Part shown: positions 14,392 to 27,140 of the stretch, piece by piece
Layout: every line of letters begins with the position of its first letter
How positions within the stretch are numbered: the stretch's first letter is position 1
Source: the human T2T-CHM13v2.0 reference genome, Homo sapiens
Length of the DNA stretch: 64,000 nucleotides
Assembly (NCBI RefSeq): GCF_009914755.1
Contig: NC_060927.1
Strand: one strand, 5' to 3'
Position numbers and translations under genes: made by a program
Notes under the pieces: generated by a model
What the model was told of the DNA's origin: nothing
The model's input: only the letters and a program-made list of their open reading frames with translations
Database searches by the model: none

Positions 14392-14441
14392 TCCAGTGGT
14401 GTATTTAAGCATTTGATCCAGTGGTATATTTAAGCATTTGA
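14392..14441 (+). repeat. Tandem duplication, 25-bp unit x2 (1 mismatch)
   Basis: TCCAGTGGTGTATTTAAGCATTTGA / TCCAGTGGTATATTTAAGCATTTGA. Confidence 0.95.
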
Positions 14442-15499
14442 GTGAAATGGTGTTGGGATGATTATTAAATGTGAAAAAGAATGAATTCTTAGCATGAGAA
14501 AATTAATAATCAGTAAATATTTTAAGGCGTGTCTTGTCCTCTTATTCAAGGCAATGGGATTTTTGTATGCACTTTACGAACAGTAAGGGGATGGTCCTTA
14601 GGGTCTAGTAAATGTGAACCATTTTTGGAGAGTTTCTAAGAAGCTTTCACAAAGCAACCAAAATTATTCAAAATTGATTTTCTGCACTGTAGCATGGACA
14701 TCTATGAGAATAAGACTGGAAATAAATTTTTATTGAGTTATATCCCTCTTGAATATTTTCAAATTACATAGAGTAACTGTATTTTCCTGCTGGACTGTAT
14801 AGATAAGAAGGGTCACAATTCCCATCTCTTTGGAATCTACAATGAGCTTCTATAAAGGAATAGCAAGTGGAAGTTAAAGAGACCAGGTAGCCTGAGAGTC
14901 TAGGTCAGAGATTGAGTCTACCTTTACTTCAGGAGACAAGAGCAAACGATGGCTACATACTGAAGTGGGTTTGAAAATATGCTGTGACAAGGCAGTTCGA
15001 GCTGGGAAACCATGATAACAGAAGCAGTTTGTGAGATCCTAGGCACATATTGGACATTTAAAAATACCGAGAACATAGCATTCTCCTGGGAGCATTCTGC
15101 TTTCTCTTACAAAAAAAGCGTACATTTCTTTTTTTTCTCCTCCTACATGAGCTGCACATTAAAAACAAATCTATATACATTAGGAAATTCTACCTGAAAT
15201 GCTCACTTTAAATTTTAAAATTTTTGTTGTTCTTGTTGTTACTTTTTCTTTCTTCAAATTTAAGTCTCTGAGTTCCTTTGTAAATAAATCTCAGATCAGA
15301 AAACAATGATATTTTCTTTCAGGTAGACTTTGACCTATCTTTTGGCCCTCTTTTGATTTGGAAAATAATTTTCCTACAAAATTTATCATATTGAGATTTT
15401 TTGGAGTTATGTGTTAAATTGAACCTTTTTCACGGTTACTCACATTCCTTATTATGAAAACAAATAGCTTTACTTTCTCTTAGCTAAATGTACATTTGA

Positions 15500-16200
15500 A
15501 CATCATAGAATCAAGGCCCCTCAGACCTGGAAGGAACATTAAACATTATATAACTCAATTACTCTCATATTACTAAATCTGTTGCTTTTCTGCTTGATAG
15601 CTGTGTTGTCTGAATCAATATTTCAGTGAATGGGAACATATTAACTTTTGAGATGGTTTATTCTTTCTTTGAAGAGTCTGACCTTTCAGAAAGTTTTTAT
15701 TATTGAACAAAATCTCTCTCTAAAAAAAAAAAAATGGGAGCCATAAAGCAAGTGCGGTTTCTTTTTCCTTCTCTTCAATTGTTTGCACTTTCCCATCACG
15801 ACCTTCCACTTGCCTGTTGAATCTTTTCTTCCCTATCTCTTTCTAGCATTTACAAGTCATTCCACTGAATATTATTTTGAATTCCTTTATCATCTTGGTT
15901 GCTCTCCTCTGATCATGCTTATTGATAAATATATTATGTCAAGTGTGGCTTCTATATCCGATCACCATTGTTCAGGAGTATTTTGTCCAGAGCAAACAAA
16001 AAGAAACTGCCACTTTTCTGGTTCTATTAGTATAGCCTGGTATACTATAAGACTTTTTGATGGGCATATTTATTGCTGCCGTATATCAAGCTTGCTACTT
16101 GCTAACCACCCCGCAACTCCCACCCCTGGCCTTTATTATTGCTGTTCTGAAGGCACAGCTCTTATCCTCTGCTTGTGAGGTGTTTAAGCAAAAATCTGCC
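15500..16200 (-). mobile_element. L3/CR1 LINE 3' portion
   Basis: atcatagaatc...ctggaaggaacatt (CR1/MIR3 tail, antisense), then cagtgaatgggaac, gaaagtttttattattgaacaaaatct and catcttggttgctctcctctg. Confidence 0.65.
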
Positions 16201-18291
16201 ACAAATTGCTATACAACAGGCAATTTGTGGCTACCAAACAATCTTTTTTCCCCCTACTTTAGTGTAGTTACTCTTACAAGTCATTCTGTTCATATTTAAG
16301 GTTGGAAGCTCAGAAAAAATATTTGATTTTTAATTTGTTGCTCTTTCAATTTTTACTTCTCAGATTTTGGTTTTCTGTGGTGGGTTAGAAAATGTTAAAG
16401 AAAAGCCAAAAGGATTATTTGAAATAGAAAGAAAATACACTATTCATTTGAAAGAGCACCTTTAGCAAGGTATATACGTCTTGTCTGGACTAAAATTATA
16501 GCTTCTTTGACATTTCTATCAGGTACAAGTTTTGAGGAACTGTTACTCCTTTTATTTTGTCTTTACTTGAAGATTCAGGCAAAGACGGCCTTAAAAATAA
16601 TGACTGTCATAGGGCAAAGGCAACTTTTGCAGTTTTAGTACTAGTACTAGCACTAGTTTAGTACTACTTCTCTTTCATTCTGGGTTCTAACTGGCTGAAA
16701 AATCTGTGATTTTTTTATTTGTTTATGTTTGCTCTTTTTATAATTAAAGAGCTCTCAATCAAATCCTTTTAACTTTCTCTTTTATTTGTTCTATTCATTG
16801 TCTAAGCTGCAAACTGAGGATAATTTTCATGTTCATGTATGCTGATTTGGTCTTTATATGTATAATCAAAATAAAATTAATTAATATTTTAAAAGTAAGT
16901 GGGACAATCAAGTGATAGGAATTACTTTTGATGCTTCCATCCTTCCAAAATTTTAATTTTGGGGGTAGTTTTAGCATCTGAACTTATGTAAAACATTGCC
17001 TGTATTGACTTAGAAATACAAGACCCATTCAACATAAAGCACAGTTCAAATGACGTAGTGATTGCTCTGGCCCACTGGAATCAACAGCAGCTGGCAACAA
17101 ATATAGTGCATATTAATTATTACTATGAAGGGCAGAGCTGAGAGAAAAACTGGGTAAAGAGCATGTATTTATGAAGACAAAGTTAAAAAGTAAAAATAAT
17201 AGTCAGATGTAAGAGAAGTTTTCTATTATGTGTAATATATACATATCATTCCTTAAAGCCACATATAAGTAATAAAGAGCATCATTAATAATCCTGAAGT
17301 ACACTTTTATATCTCTATGTATAATATACCTAGTGGACATCTCTGAGATACCCAATTATTATGTGCCATACTAACACATTTTCTCTTAAACTAGGTATTT
17401 ACTCTTTTATCGAATAAGAATTGTTTCAGCACAAAATGGGTACTTTTGGCAACTCAAAAGACATCTAAATTAGTTTTGAAAACAAGAGTAAATATAGTCA
17501 CAACATATCAGCATTTTAACCTCAATGTATACTATTCTAATTATTTAATAGAAATTAATGACAGCACTCATCTTTTGAGTAAAATATTGCTTTGTTTTGA
17601 CAACACAGGGATTTTGCATTAGGTGTAAGACATCCTAAATCCATTAAATTTTGACAAGATCAACTATAGTGACCAGAAAAGGAGAGGGAGGGAGATTTAA
17701 ATAGCAGCAAGACTTAACATTTCACTCAGTGAAAGTAAGCTCTGAGGTTTTACTCCATTGTAGCTCAAAGATAGGTCATATTTAAGTGTTGCCGTACATA
17801 AGTACGTAGTTTTCAAAAGCCTGTTAATACATTTTTCGTTTTTTGTTGTTATAGGCAAAAAAGTAAGGCAGTAGAGCACTTCCATTTTCCCTATAAGATT
17901 ATCTCATACTTACATAGCACTGTGTGCTAAATGCTGTTTTCAGATTTAAGTATTTTTATTGTCATCTTCTTTTCAAGGTGAAAAATCTGATGTATAGAAG
18001 GTCACAGCGTTCATATGAAAGTTGACCATAAGCAACTTGGCTCTAAAATCTTCTATCTTAACCACTATGCTCACACAATACACAAATAGGTTCACATGTA
18101 CACTTATACATAAAAATAAAAATAAAAATGGACCATGTGTTCCTGATCTTTGTATCCACATAACTCCTACAGTAGGGCTTTGCATATTTTGAGCTCAGTA
18201 AGGACATGGGTTGCTTATCAATAACTGATTATAATAATCAACATTATTTTTTATCTCATTTTTCCTGACTCCAAATTTATGAAATATATTT

Positions 18292-18425
18292 TAAGGTCAC
18301 AATATAATTTATTGACCCAACTGGAACACTTTTGAGAGAAAAAGTGGGTGTTATTTAAAATTATATTAGGACAACAAGGAAAAACAAGGACCGTCCCAGG
18401 TCAGCCAGGATTGAGGGTCAGCCCA
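18292..18425 (+). mobile_element. MER81 (hAT-Blackjack MITE)
   Basis: taaggtcacaatataatttattgacccaactggaacacttttgagag...ggacaacaagg...ggaccgtcccagg...ggtcagccca, with degenerate terminal inverted repeats. Confidence 0.85.
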
Positions 18426-18559
18426 TGTATGTGAGGGTAGGAAGCTAAGCTCAAAAGTTTGTCCAAATTGAAAAAGTTGAATAGGTTCTCTGCCTGCAAA
18501 GACTATGCTTTTGTAATTTTATAATGTATAATCAAATAATTATAACACTTTAGAAACTG

Positions 18560-19376
18560 CATCATTATCTATTAGTATTGCAAACCACCCAAAACTTAGT
18601 GGCTTCACAACACGTATTCATTTATTTTAGAATTTTGCTCAAATTATTTTTTTGTTTGTTTTTTTTTTGTTTGAGACAGAGTCTCACTCTGTCACCCAGG
18701 CTGGAGTGCAGTGGCATGATCTCGGCTAATTGCAGCCTCTGCCTCCCGGGTTCAAGCGATTCTGCACCTCAGCCTCCTGAGTAGCTGGGATTATAGGCCC
18801 ACACTACCGCATGTGGCTAATTTTTGTATTTTTAGTAGAGATGAGGTTTCACCATGTTGGCCAGGCTGGTCTCGAACTCTGACCTCAGGTGATCTGCCTG
18901 CCTCGACCTCCCAAAGTGCTGGGAGTACAGGCATGATCCATCATGCCCGGCCTTGCTCAAGTTCTTGTAGTGTGATCTGGGCTTGGCTAATCTCATTTGA
19001 GTTTACCCATGTGCCTGCACTTAGCAGGCTGGACTAGAAGAAACTGGATGATCCCATATGATCTAACCAAAAACAGATGGTCTGGTGATGGGCTGGCTGT
19101 TGACTAGTACAATGATTGTGGGGGTGATTGGCTGACATGTCTGTCACCCTCCAGCAGGCTTCCTTGTCAGGTTTCCAAGTGCAGCAGAAGAAGAGCAGCC
19201 TAAATGTGCAAGCGCTTTTCATGTCTGATTATATTGTTTGCTAATTGTCCCACTGGCCAAAGCAGCATACATAGGTAAGCCTATAGTCAATGAGGAAAGA
19301 GCTAGCCCCAGGCATGAATACAGGAGGACTTGGCTTGAAAAACTGCTGTATTTTCACTTCAAATATGTCTATCACT
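18560..19376 (-). mobile_element. MaLR LTR (MLT1G/H-like), interrupted by an Alu
   Basis: caaaccacccaaaacttagtggctt...ctccagcaggct...tgtgcaagcgcttttca...tttgctaattgtcccactggccaaagca...ggcatgaatacaggagg. Confidence 0.8.
18646..18952 (-). mobile_element. AluS (Sx/Sz-like), full length
   Basis: Complete dimer with T-rich tail. TSD TTGCTCAA(A/G)TT at 18635-18645 and 18953-18963. Confidence 0.95.
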
Positions 19377-19379
19377 CAG

Positions 19380-19764
19380 TAACTAGTGTGGCACTTTATG
19401 GTGTTGAGAACTCAGAATTAGCTTGAGTGGCTCTACCACGTGTGGCCTTAACCTCATGCTTCAAGGCATCGGCATCTGCTCCACTCAATGGGTAGAAACA
19501 AAAGTAACGGGAGGCACATGGTACAATTGCATTGTCTCTTAAGGAATATCCCCAAAAGCTCTTAAAAGATACATTTTCTCACATTCTCATCGCATCACAT
19601 CTCTTCTCCTCCTATTAGCCAAATATAGTCACAGCACCCCAACTAATTGCAATGGAGGCTGAGAAATGCAGTTTTATTCGAAGTAGCCATGTGCCTAGCT
19701 AAATATTCTGTTAATATGGAGATATGAAATGGATATTGGGAAGTGACAAGGACACTCTGCTACA
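19380..19764 (-). mobile_element. MaLR LTR (MLT1J-like)
   Basis: tgcaatggaggctgagaaatgcagttttattc...gccatgtgcctagctaaa...aatggatattggg...ctctgctaca terminus. Confidence 0.75.
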
Positions 19765-20852
19765 TTTGGCTCCTGTGATTCATATATATGCACCAATATA
19801 GGAAAATTACATGTTTATATATATAGTACATTATAAAATAATACATTTTTTCCTCAAACATTGCAAACCTTCTCTCTTTCAAAAAATGGTCAGAAGCCAG
19901 TTAAAATTTACTAAGCACTTTAATGAAATGCTTGAGGAAACAATAATCACATTTAGAAACAGACACTTCCATTTGTTTAAGACCAGAAACTGATTTATGA
20001 TTCCTGTTTTATGTTTTGAGAATTCTAGGTAGCATCTGCATTCCGGTGGTTGAGGACATTCTTTCAGATTTTAGCATCACTTAGTTACCCAGAGCACCAT
20101 GCATGTTATCAGTCTTAAGCGGAGAAAGAGAGATTTTCTTCAAGTTAGGAATAAATAAAAATCTAAAAACTTGTTTATTCATCCAAGGTCATTTTACCGA
20201 GACAGTGGCAATCTGTTGTTATCTAGTTGAAAACCATTTATATCTGTGATTTGTGTCATATAAGCAACATAGAGAATCCAAGATGAGTCATATCAATGTT
20301 CTCATATGTACTGTGGCCTGATATAACTGAGTTTTACAGTAACACTTTGACAGTGTGAATTTTGAAAAGCATCTTTTACAAAAAAGTCTCAAAGCACTTT
20401 ACATTTGAAACATAAAAGCTCAAAAGAAAAAAGTTAGAAATATGAAGCAGTAGGAAGCGTAGATTAATTTGGGAGTAATTACTTCAATTATTTCTAATAA
20501 AATCATTTTGTATCAAGTGAAAATAGTTTTAAGTTTTAAATATTCATTGAGGATTAAGAGTGGCAGGCTCAAGCCTTTATCTTTCCTTAAAAAATGAACC
20601 CCATTATTCTATATTGAGTTAATAGACTTTTATAGTTTTTTTTAAGATAAAGTATATAATTGCTTAGACTAATCAAGAGGGACAGCCAAATCTATTTATC
20701 TTAAGTGCAGTCACATTGCAATAACCAAAAACTAAGACTATGGATGGCAAATTCCTTCCACTAGTCAAAAATTTTGTATGTGATTGTAATCCAATATTTT
20801 TACCTTTATTGTGATACTTTCTACCTTCATTTGCTTGGGAATGATCCTTGGA

Positions 20853-21090
20853 CTTATTGTGGTTAAGAATACAGACTCTGGAGCCAATTTCAAACCCCAA
20901 CTCAAAAATTATTAAGCTGTGTAACCTAGGGCAAGTCACTTAAACTTTCTGTGCCTCAATTTTAATCTCTATACAATGCAAATAACAATACCTGCCAGTT
21001 GTTTTGTTGTTGAGATCAATTAAGTTAATATAATTAAAGAACATAGAACAATGTCTGTCACATAGTAAGTGTTATTTGAGTTTAGCAGTT
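20853..21090 (+). mobile_element. MIR SINE, near full length
   Basis: gtggttaagaatacagactctggagcca...gctgtgtaacctagggcaagtcacttaaactttctgtgcctcaattt...agaacaatgtctgtcacatagtaagtg. Confidence 0.92.
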
Positions 21091-21108
21091 GTTGCAATTA
21101 TCTCTAAG

Positions 21109-21149
21109 GTTTCTTCCTGCTCTAATGTTTCTTCCTGCTCTAATGTTTC
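21109..21149 (+). repeat. Tandem repeat, 18-bp unit GTTTCTTCCTGCTCTAAT x2.3, in a MIR3/L3-like tail
   Basis: Exact copies at 21109-21126 and 21127-21144, plus GTTTC. Confidence 0.93.
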
Positions 21150-23176
21150 AAGATTCTATTATCTTCTCTATGATACTGTTTATATGGACATATAAACTGT
21201 CAATGGATTCTTTATATTACAGTAAATTGTATAAGCATCAATGTCATGCTGCAGATAACGTAACAGCTTATGATTAGTAACATGCTATATACAGTAAGAA
21301 ATTAGTTTTAATGGAGCACCTTCTGGAAAGGGTGCCACTTAACTGAAAAGCCTGTTTTGAACTTGCAATAGTCAGGCGGAACCACATGTCCAGGTAACTT
21401 TCTCTAGCGGGTTTGCCACTTTTTCTCAACTTCAAATATGCATGTGTGTGGGGGTGGTGGGGGTTGGTGAGATGATGGGTGTGTATGTTGTTCAATGATA
21501 TGTAGATTAAAATGTCTAATTCCTCCTCAATGAGGAAGAACTGGCAAACATCCTTAGCCACAAGAGAACAGGAGAACTGTTTCTTCTGGAACAGTCCAGG
21601 TGTATTTCTCTCTTGGAGAGTTTTCTCTTTGTAAGCAGTTCAGTTTCTAGTAATAACTTTCTATTGATTCCCAAAGTATCCTTGTGCAAGTGAAAGTTGA
21701 GTATCTATGTAATTGTAGCACAATTTAATCCTAAATATAAAAAATTATTAGCTACTCATTCCAACATTATTCAGTGCTAAAAATTTAATGCAGAGATTTT
21801 TATTAATTTTGTTTCTGTTATTCTGAATATTTCTATATTAAAGAAGGCTTTTTTTTTAACTTAATGTGCCCTCTAAAGTATTGGATAAACACTGTTATTC
21901 TCGTGGTTAGAATATCTGATTGCAGAATATGTTAATTCTTAACTCTGTCTCTCATATAGTCTTGAATTCGAAACATGCAAATGTATTACTTACTCAAAAA
22001 ATTTTTAATCAATAATTAAAAAATACAAAAATAAAAAGATATTTTAAAAAGGCCTTAATGTATAAGGCAGTTTTAAGAAAGTATAAATATTAAATGAAGT
22101 TTTAACAAAAACCTCTCCCTGCACTGAGCTTTATTTTTAATTGTTTTTACTCTCATGTAGTCCATATTATCTTCAGCATGTTCCCAAATTAAAAACAATT
22201 AAATTCCAGTGTGTATGATAAATTTTCTCCACTTTTAGAAAATATTATCTTATAAATCAACTGGGTACTCAGGCTACAGAGTAGAAACATGCCTTTATCT
22301 TCCATTCAATGCTAGCAAAATTTGAAGGATGCTAAATTCCCTCACAGTGAAAAATAGATCTCCATGAGGCTGACACAATGTTTGAAATTTCCACATTATC
22401 ATTGTTCCTTCAGGGCTTTGTGGAGACATGCATTTTAATTAAGTTAAGACATTATATTTCCAGGGTAAATCATTTGCTACCCAAACACAATAGCATGTAT
22501 TTTTCCATCGTATTAAAATGCATTAAGACACAGCAGAACCTTGAGGAAATGACATGAAATAGAAAACAAGTGTGTATTTGAAAAATGAAGATGTAGAGAA
22601 TGGTCAGATTCATGAGAGTTGCCAGGTTCCAGTGGGCATTTCTGGACACAAACATCACAGGGTTTCAGGAGTCTCTGGTGGTTTCTCATAAACTCTCCAC
22701 CATATTATTTTGGTGGGAACTTTTGTTTTGTTTTCCCTGTTTTTTGTTTCGTTTTGTTCCATTTAATAATCAGCACTCTAGGACAAGAGCCACTACACTG
22801 GATGCAACCTTGTTTTGCCTGTACTTTGGTAAGCCATAATCTCAAATTGACATTCTATCCTAGTACTGCTACGGAAACTTGCTTTTGCCACATATATCTA
22901 CAAATTTCCATAGACTCTTTACTAAAACAAAAAACAAAAACTGCAGGCAAGATGGTAATAACACAGCAATTTATGAAACCTTAAGATAAATGGAAAATAA
23001 ATCTGTTATTGTTTTTAAAATGAATATGAAAGTAATAGAGACTCCCATTTTTGTCATATATTTCATTAAATATTCTGAAAACCTCCCCCAATTTGAAACA
23101 AATAAAATAAAATAAAGCTATAAAACACCTAAGGGCTCAAGAAATTATGGAACAACAAAAGAAAACAAAACAAATT

Positions 23177-23177
<1 letters not shown>

Positions 23178-23205
<28 letters not shown>
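23178..23205 (+). repeat. (CA)14 microsatellite
   Basis: Uninterrupted CA run. Confidence 0.97.
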
Positions 23206-23210
<5 letters not shown>

Positions 23211-23214
23211 CTGA

Positions 23215-23256
23215 ATTTGTGTATACGTATTTGTGTATACGTATTTGTGTATATGT
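23215..23256 (+). repeat. Tandem repeat, 14-bp unit ATTTGTGTATA(C/T)GT x3
   Basis: Copies at 23215-23228, 23229-23242 and 23243-23256. Confidence 0.93.
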
Positions 23257-24291
23257 ACCACATAATAACTGAACAGCTGAAATCCAGAGGAATAAATTGA
23301 TTCTGGAGTGGCAAAACTCCTGGGAGCATTTTGTAACCTCTAAAGCAAGAGGTTTTCATTTTACAAACTATGCAGAATAGGACACAAGTCTTTTGTTTTA
23401 AGTAAAGTGACAGTTGGAGCTAACTTATCTGTATAAAGTGGAATTTTGATGCATTTCAACCTCAGTAAAAGGGTCGAATAGCAAAATCTAACTCACCAAC
23501 AAAAAAGACAAGAAAAATTTTCTATCTTTCCTTGAGGTCTACGTAAAAAAAAAAAAAAATTGTCTTGAGGAATGTTAACTACAGGCCAGCTTTTAATGTT
23601 CACACAGGTTTGAGATTCAACATTATATTATCTACATCTTACATTTTCAGACTCAGAAAATTCCAAACTGAGAAATTAACAGGAAACAATGCCATACTAT
23701 GGCATTCTGGAAAACTGGGCATAATATAACAAATTCTCTCTGGAGAAATCACTAAGCTCAATGGGTTTTATCCCATGAATGTAAGGGCAATTCAATTTTT
23801 GAAAATCAATCAAGATAACTCACTATCTTGAGAAAACATTATGATCATATTAATTGATGCAGAAAATTCATTTGACAAATTCCAACATTCCTTCATAATT
23901 ACACTCTTTGAAAACCGAGACTGGAAAGATACTCTCTAAGCGTCATAAAGGGCATGTACAAAAATACCCTAAAGCTAACAAAATATCTGATGATGAAACA
24001 CTAAACGCTTTTCCCTTAAGATCACTTAGTGCTATTTTGCTTACAGAAGAAGACAAGGATATCCATTTTCTCCACTCCTGTTCCAGCCAGTGCAATAAGA
24101 AAAGAGAAAGAAAGAAATAGCATATGTATTGGAAAAAAATAAATAAAAGTCTCCCTATTAGCAAACAAGAAGTTTGTACATTTATAGAATTCCAAGGAGA
24201 CTGCAAAAACAAAACTCCCACTACTACTAAGTGAGTTTTTAATGTCACAAGATACAGAATAAACACATAAAATCAATTATAATTCTTCTTT

Positions 24292-24890
24292 TTCCAGCTT
24301 TTATGTTAGATTTAGGGGCACACATGCAGGTTTGTTAAACTGGCATATCGTATAATGCTGAGGTTTGGAGTGTGATTGATCCCATCACCTAGGCACTGAG
24401 CATAGGACACAATAGGTGGTTTCTCAACCCTTAAACCTGCTCTCTCCCTTCCTTCTGTAATAGTTCCCAGTGCCAATTGTTCCCATCATTGTGTACCCAA
24501 TGTTTAGTTCACACTTACAAGTGAGAACATGCAGTATTTGGTTTTCTGTTCCTGAATTAATTCACTTAGGATAATGATTTGGCTTCCTGCTGCATCCATG
24601 TTGCTGCAAAGGACCAAATTTCATTCTTTTTTATGGATGTGTGGTATTCCATGGTGTATTTGTCTATATGTACCACACAAATAGCTGAAATCCAGAGGAA
24701 TAAATTGATTCCGTACCACATATTCGTTATCCATTTTCCCATGGATGGTCACCCAGGTTGATTACATGACTTTGCTATTGTGAATAGTGCTGCAATGAAC
24801 ATGAGAGTGCTCATGTCTTTTTGGTAGAATAACTTATTTTCTTTTGGGTATATACCTGACAATGTGTGGGTTCCATGAAAAATCTGCATG
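24292..24890 (-). mobile_element. 5'-truncated L1PA15/16-like 3' end with 15-bp TSD
   Basis: L1PA 3' UTR in antisense (cacatgcaggtttgtt...aagtgagaacatgcagtatttggttttctgttcctg). TSD TTATAATTCTTCTTT at 24277-24291 and 24891-24905. Confidence 0.92.
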
Positions 24891-24936
24891 TTATAATTCT
24901 TCTTTCTAGCAATGAACAATAGAAAACAAATTTTTA

Positions 24937-25286
<350 letters not shown>

Positions 25287-25439
25287 TTAGCTAAGTATAT
25301 AGTCAACATCTAGAGGATTTGCATGCTGAAAATTATAAAATGCTGAGGACGGAAATAAAATACCTAAATAAATGAGAAGACATAATTTTCATGGATTAGG
25401 AGACACGGCACAGTAAAGATATCAATGTTTTTGGATATA

Positions 25440-27140
25440 ATTAGGAGCAGATTAGATGCTACAGAAGAAGATACTGACTTGAAGATATAGTAATACAATC
25501 AATCCAAAATGAAGAAGAAAAAACAAAGACTGCAAAAGAATGATTGGAATCTGAGTAATCAGTGAAGAAACATAAAGTGACAGACACGTAACTGAAATTC
25601 TAGAACAGAAGAAAAATTGTGGGAATGGAAAAAATATTTGAAAAAGTTAGATCTGGAAAAAAAGATGAGAACAAGATGTACCCATGAATCCACACTCACA
25701 AAATCTATGTCAGAATAGATCATAATCAAATGGATGACTACTAGTAATAAAGAAAATTATTTATAGCAACTAGATGAGAAAAGGCACATTACATGCAAAG
25801 AACCAAAAATGAGAATGACTGTAGATTTCTCTTCAGAAACTATGCATGTCAAGAAACAAAAGAATAACATATTTAAAGTGCTAAAAGTGGAGAAATACTT
25901 AGAATTTTTACCAGAGAAAATGTATTTCAAAAACAAGAGTGAATTAAATTTTTTTTTCAGCAAAACACTGTGTGAGAATTTACTGCAATATGCCCTCACT
26001 ACAAGAAATGTTGAAAGAGTTCCTCATAATACCAGAAGGAAACTTGGATGTACATACAGGAATGAAGGAAAACTTTTTGTATTTTAAAATTCCTATAAAA
26101 TCTAATTGACTAAAGCAAAAACATGAATAATATTATGGTCTTCATAACATATGTAGAAGTAAAATGTATTATATTACATGTGAAATGTTATAATATTATT
26201 TGAAGGTAGGTTTTGCTAAGCTCAAGATATATATTGTAAGCCCTCAAGAAAACCTTAAGAGAATAATAAAAGGAGTCTTGGCCAAAGAGCCAATAGTAGA
26301 GATAAAATGGGATGTTGAAAAATATTCAATCCAAAAGATAAAAAGAGGATTAGAGAACTATGGAACAAATAGAAAACAAGTGTCAAAATAGTAGATTTAA
26401 ACCTAACCATGTCAATGATGACATTAAATGTAAACAGTCTTAACACACCAATTAAAAGATTGAGATTATCAGACTGGAAAGAACACAAATCAATTATTTG
26501 TAGTCTGATAAATTAATTTCATATATAAAGAAACAAATATATTCAAAGAAAAATGATGTAACAATATGTACTATGAAAATATCAAGCATATGAAAAGATA
26601 GATTGACTATATTACATCACAAAGCTGACTTCAAAACAAAATATGTTACTAAGGATAAAGAGGGAACATAAATGTTCATAGCAGAATTATTTATAATAAC
26701 TGAAAACAGCAAATATCATAAATGTTCATCAACAGTGAAATGGATTAAAAATTTTGGTATACCTATACAATGTATCAATACAACAAAAAGTAACAAGTTA
26801 CTGATGCTGGCAAAAACATGTATGTATCTCATAAATATACTTAGATAAAAATGTCAGATACAAAAAAAGTAGACATGGTATAATTCCATCTATATAAAAC
26901 TCTAAAAACATCAAATACACTATATTGTGACAGAAAGCAAATTAGTGGTTTCTTGGGTCCAGGGATTAGAGTAGGGAGGGAATTGACTGAAAAACGCACA
27001 AAGAAACTTTTACAAGGTGATGGAAATGTTCTAACATCTTGATTTTGGCGATAATTGCATGAGTGTATACCTTCCACATGTACATTTAAAAGGGACTTAT
27101 TTTATTGCATCTAAACCATGGTTATATAAGTTCATTAAAA
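25440..27140 (+). mobile_element. L1ME/MD-type element: ORF1 + spacer + ORF2 start fused to the 3' end (large internal deletion near 26670)
   Basis: ORF 25809..26087 (MRMTVDFSSETM...IFKVLK) is ORF1-like, and acattaaatgtaaacagtcttaacacaccaattaaaaga is the endonuclease start. The sequence then switches abruptly to aatgttcatagcag...ggtgatggaaatgttcta (3' end). Confidence 0.8.

Noticed and set aside
15783-16178. 131-aa ORF
   Set aside because: Non-ATG start and antisense to an L3/CR1 remnant; no protein similarity that I can recognise.
16636-16666. TAGTAC-type palindromic micro-repeat
   Set aside because: About 30 bp of slippage repeat with no further structure.
17830-17868. Possible 8-nt microexon (ttgttgttatAG|GCAAAAAA|GTAAGG)
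   Set aside because: Not frame-preserving, only a moderate donor, and consistent with chance in T-rich DNA.
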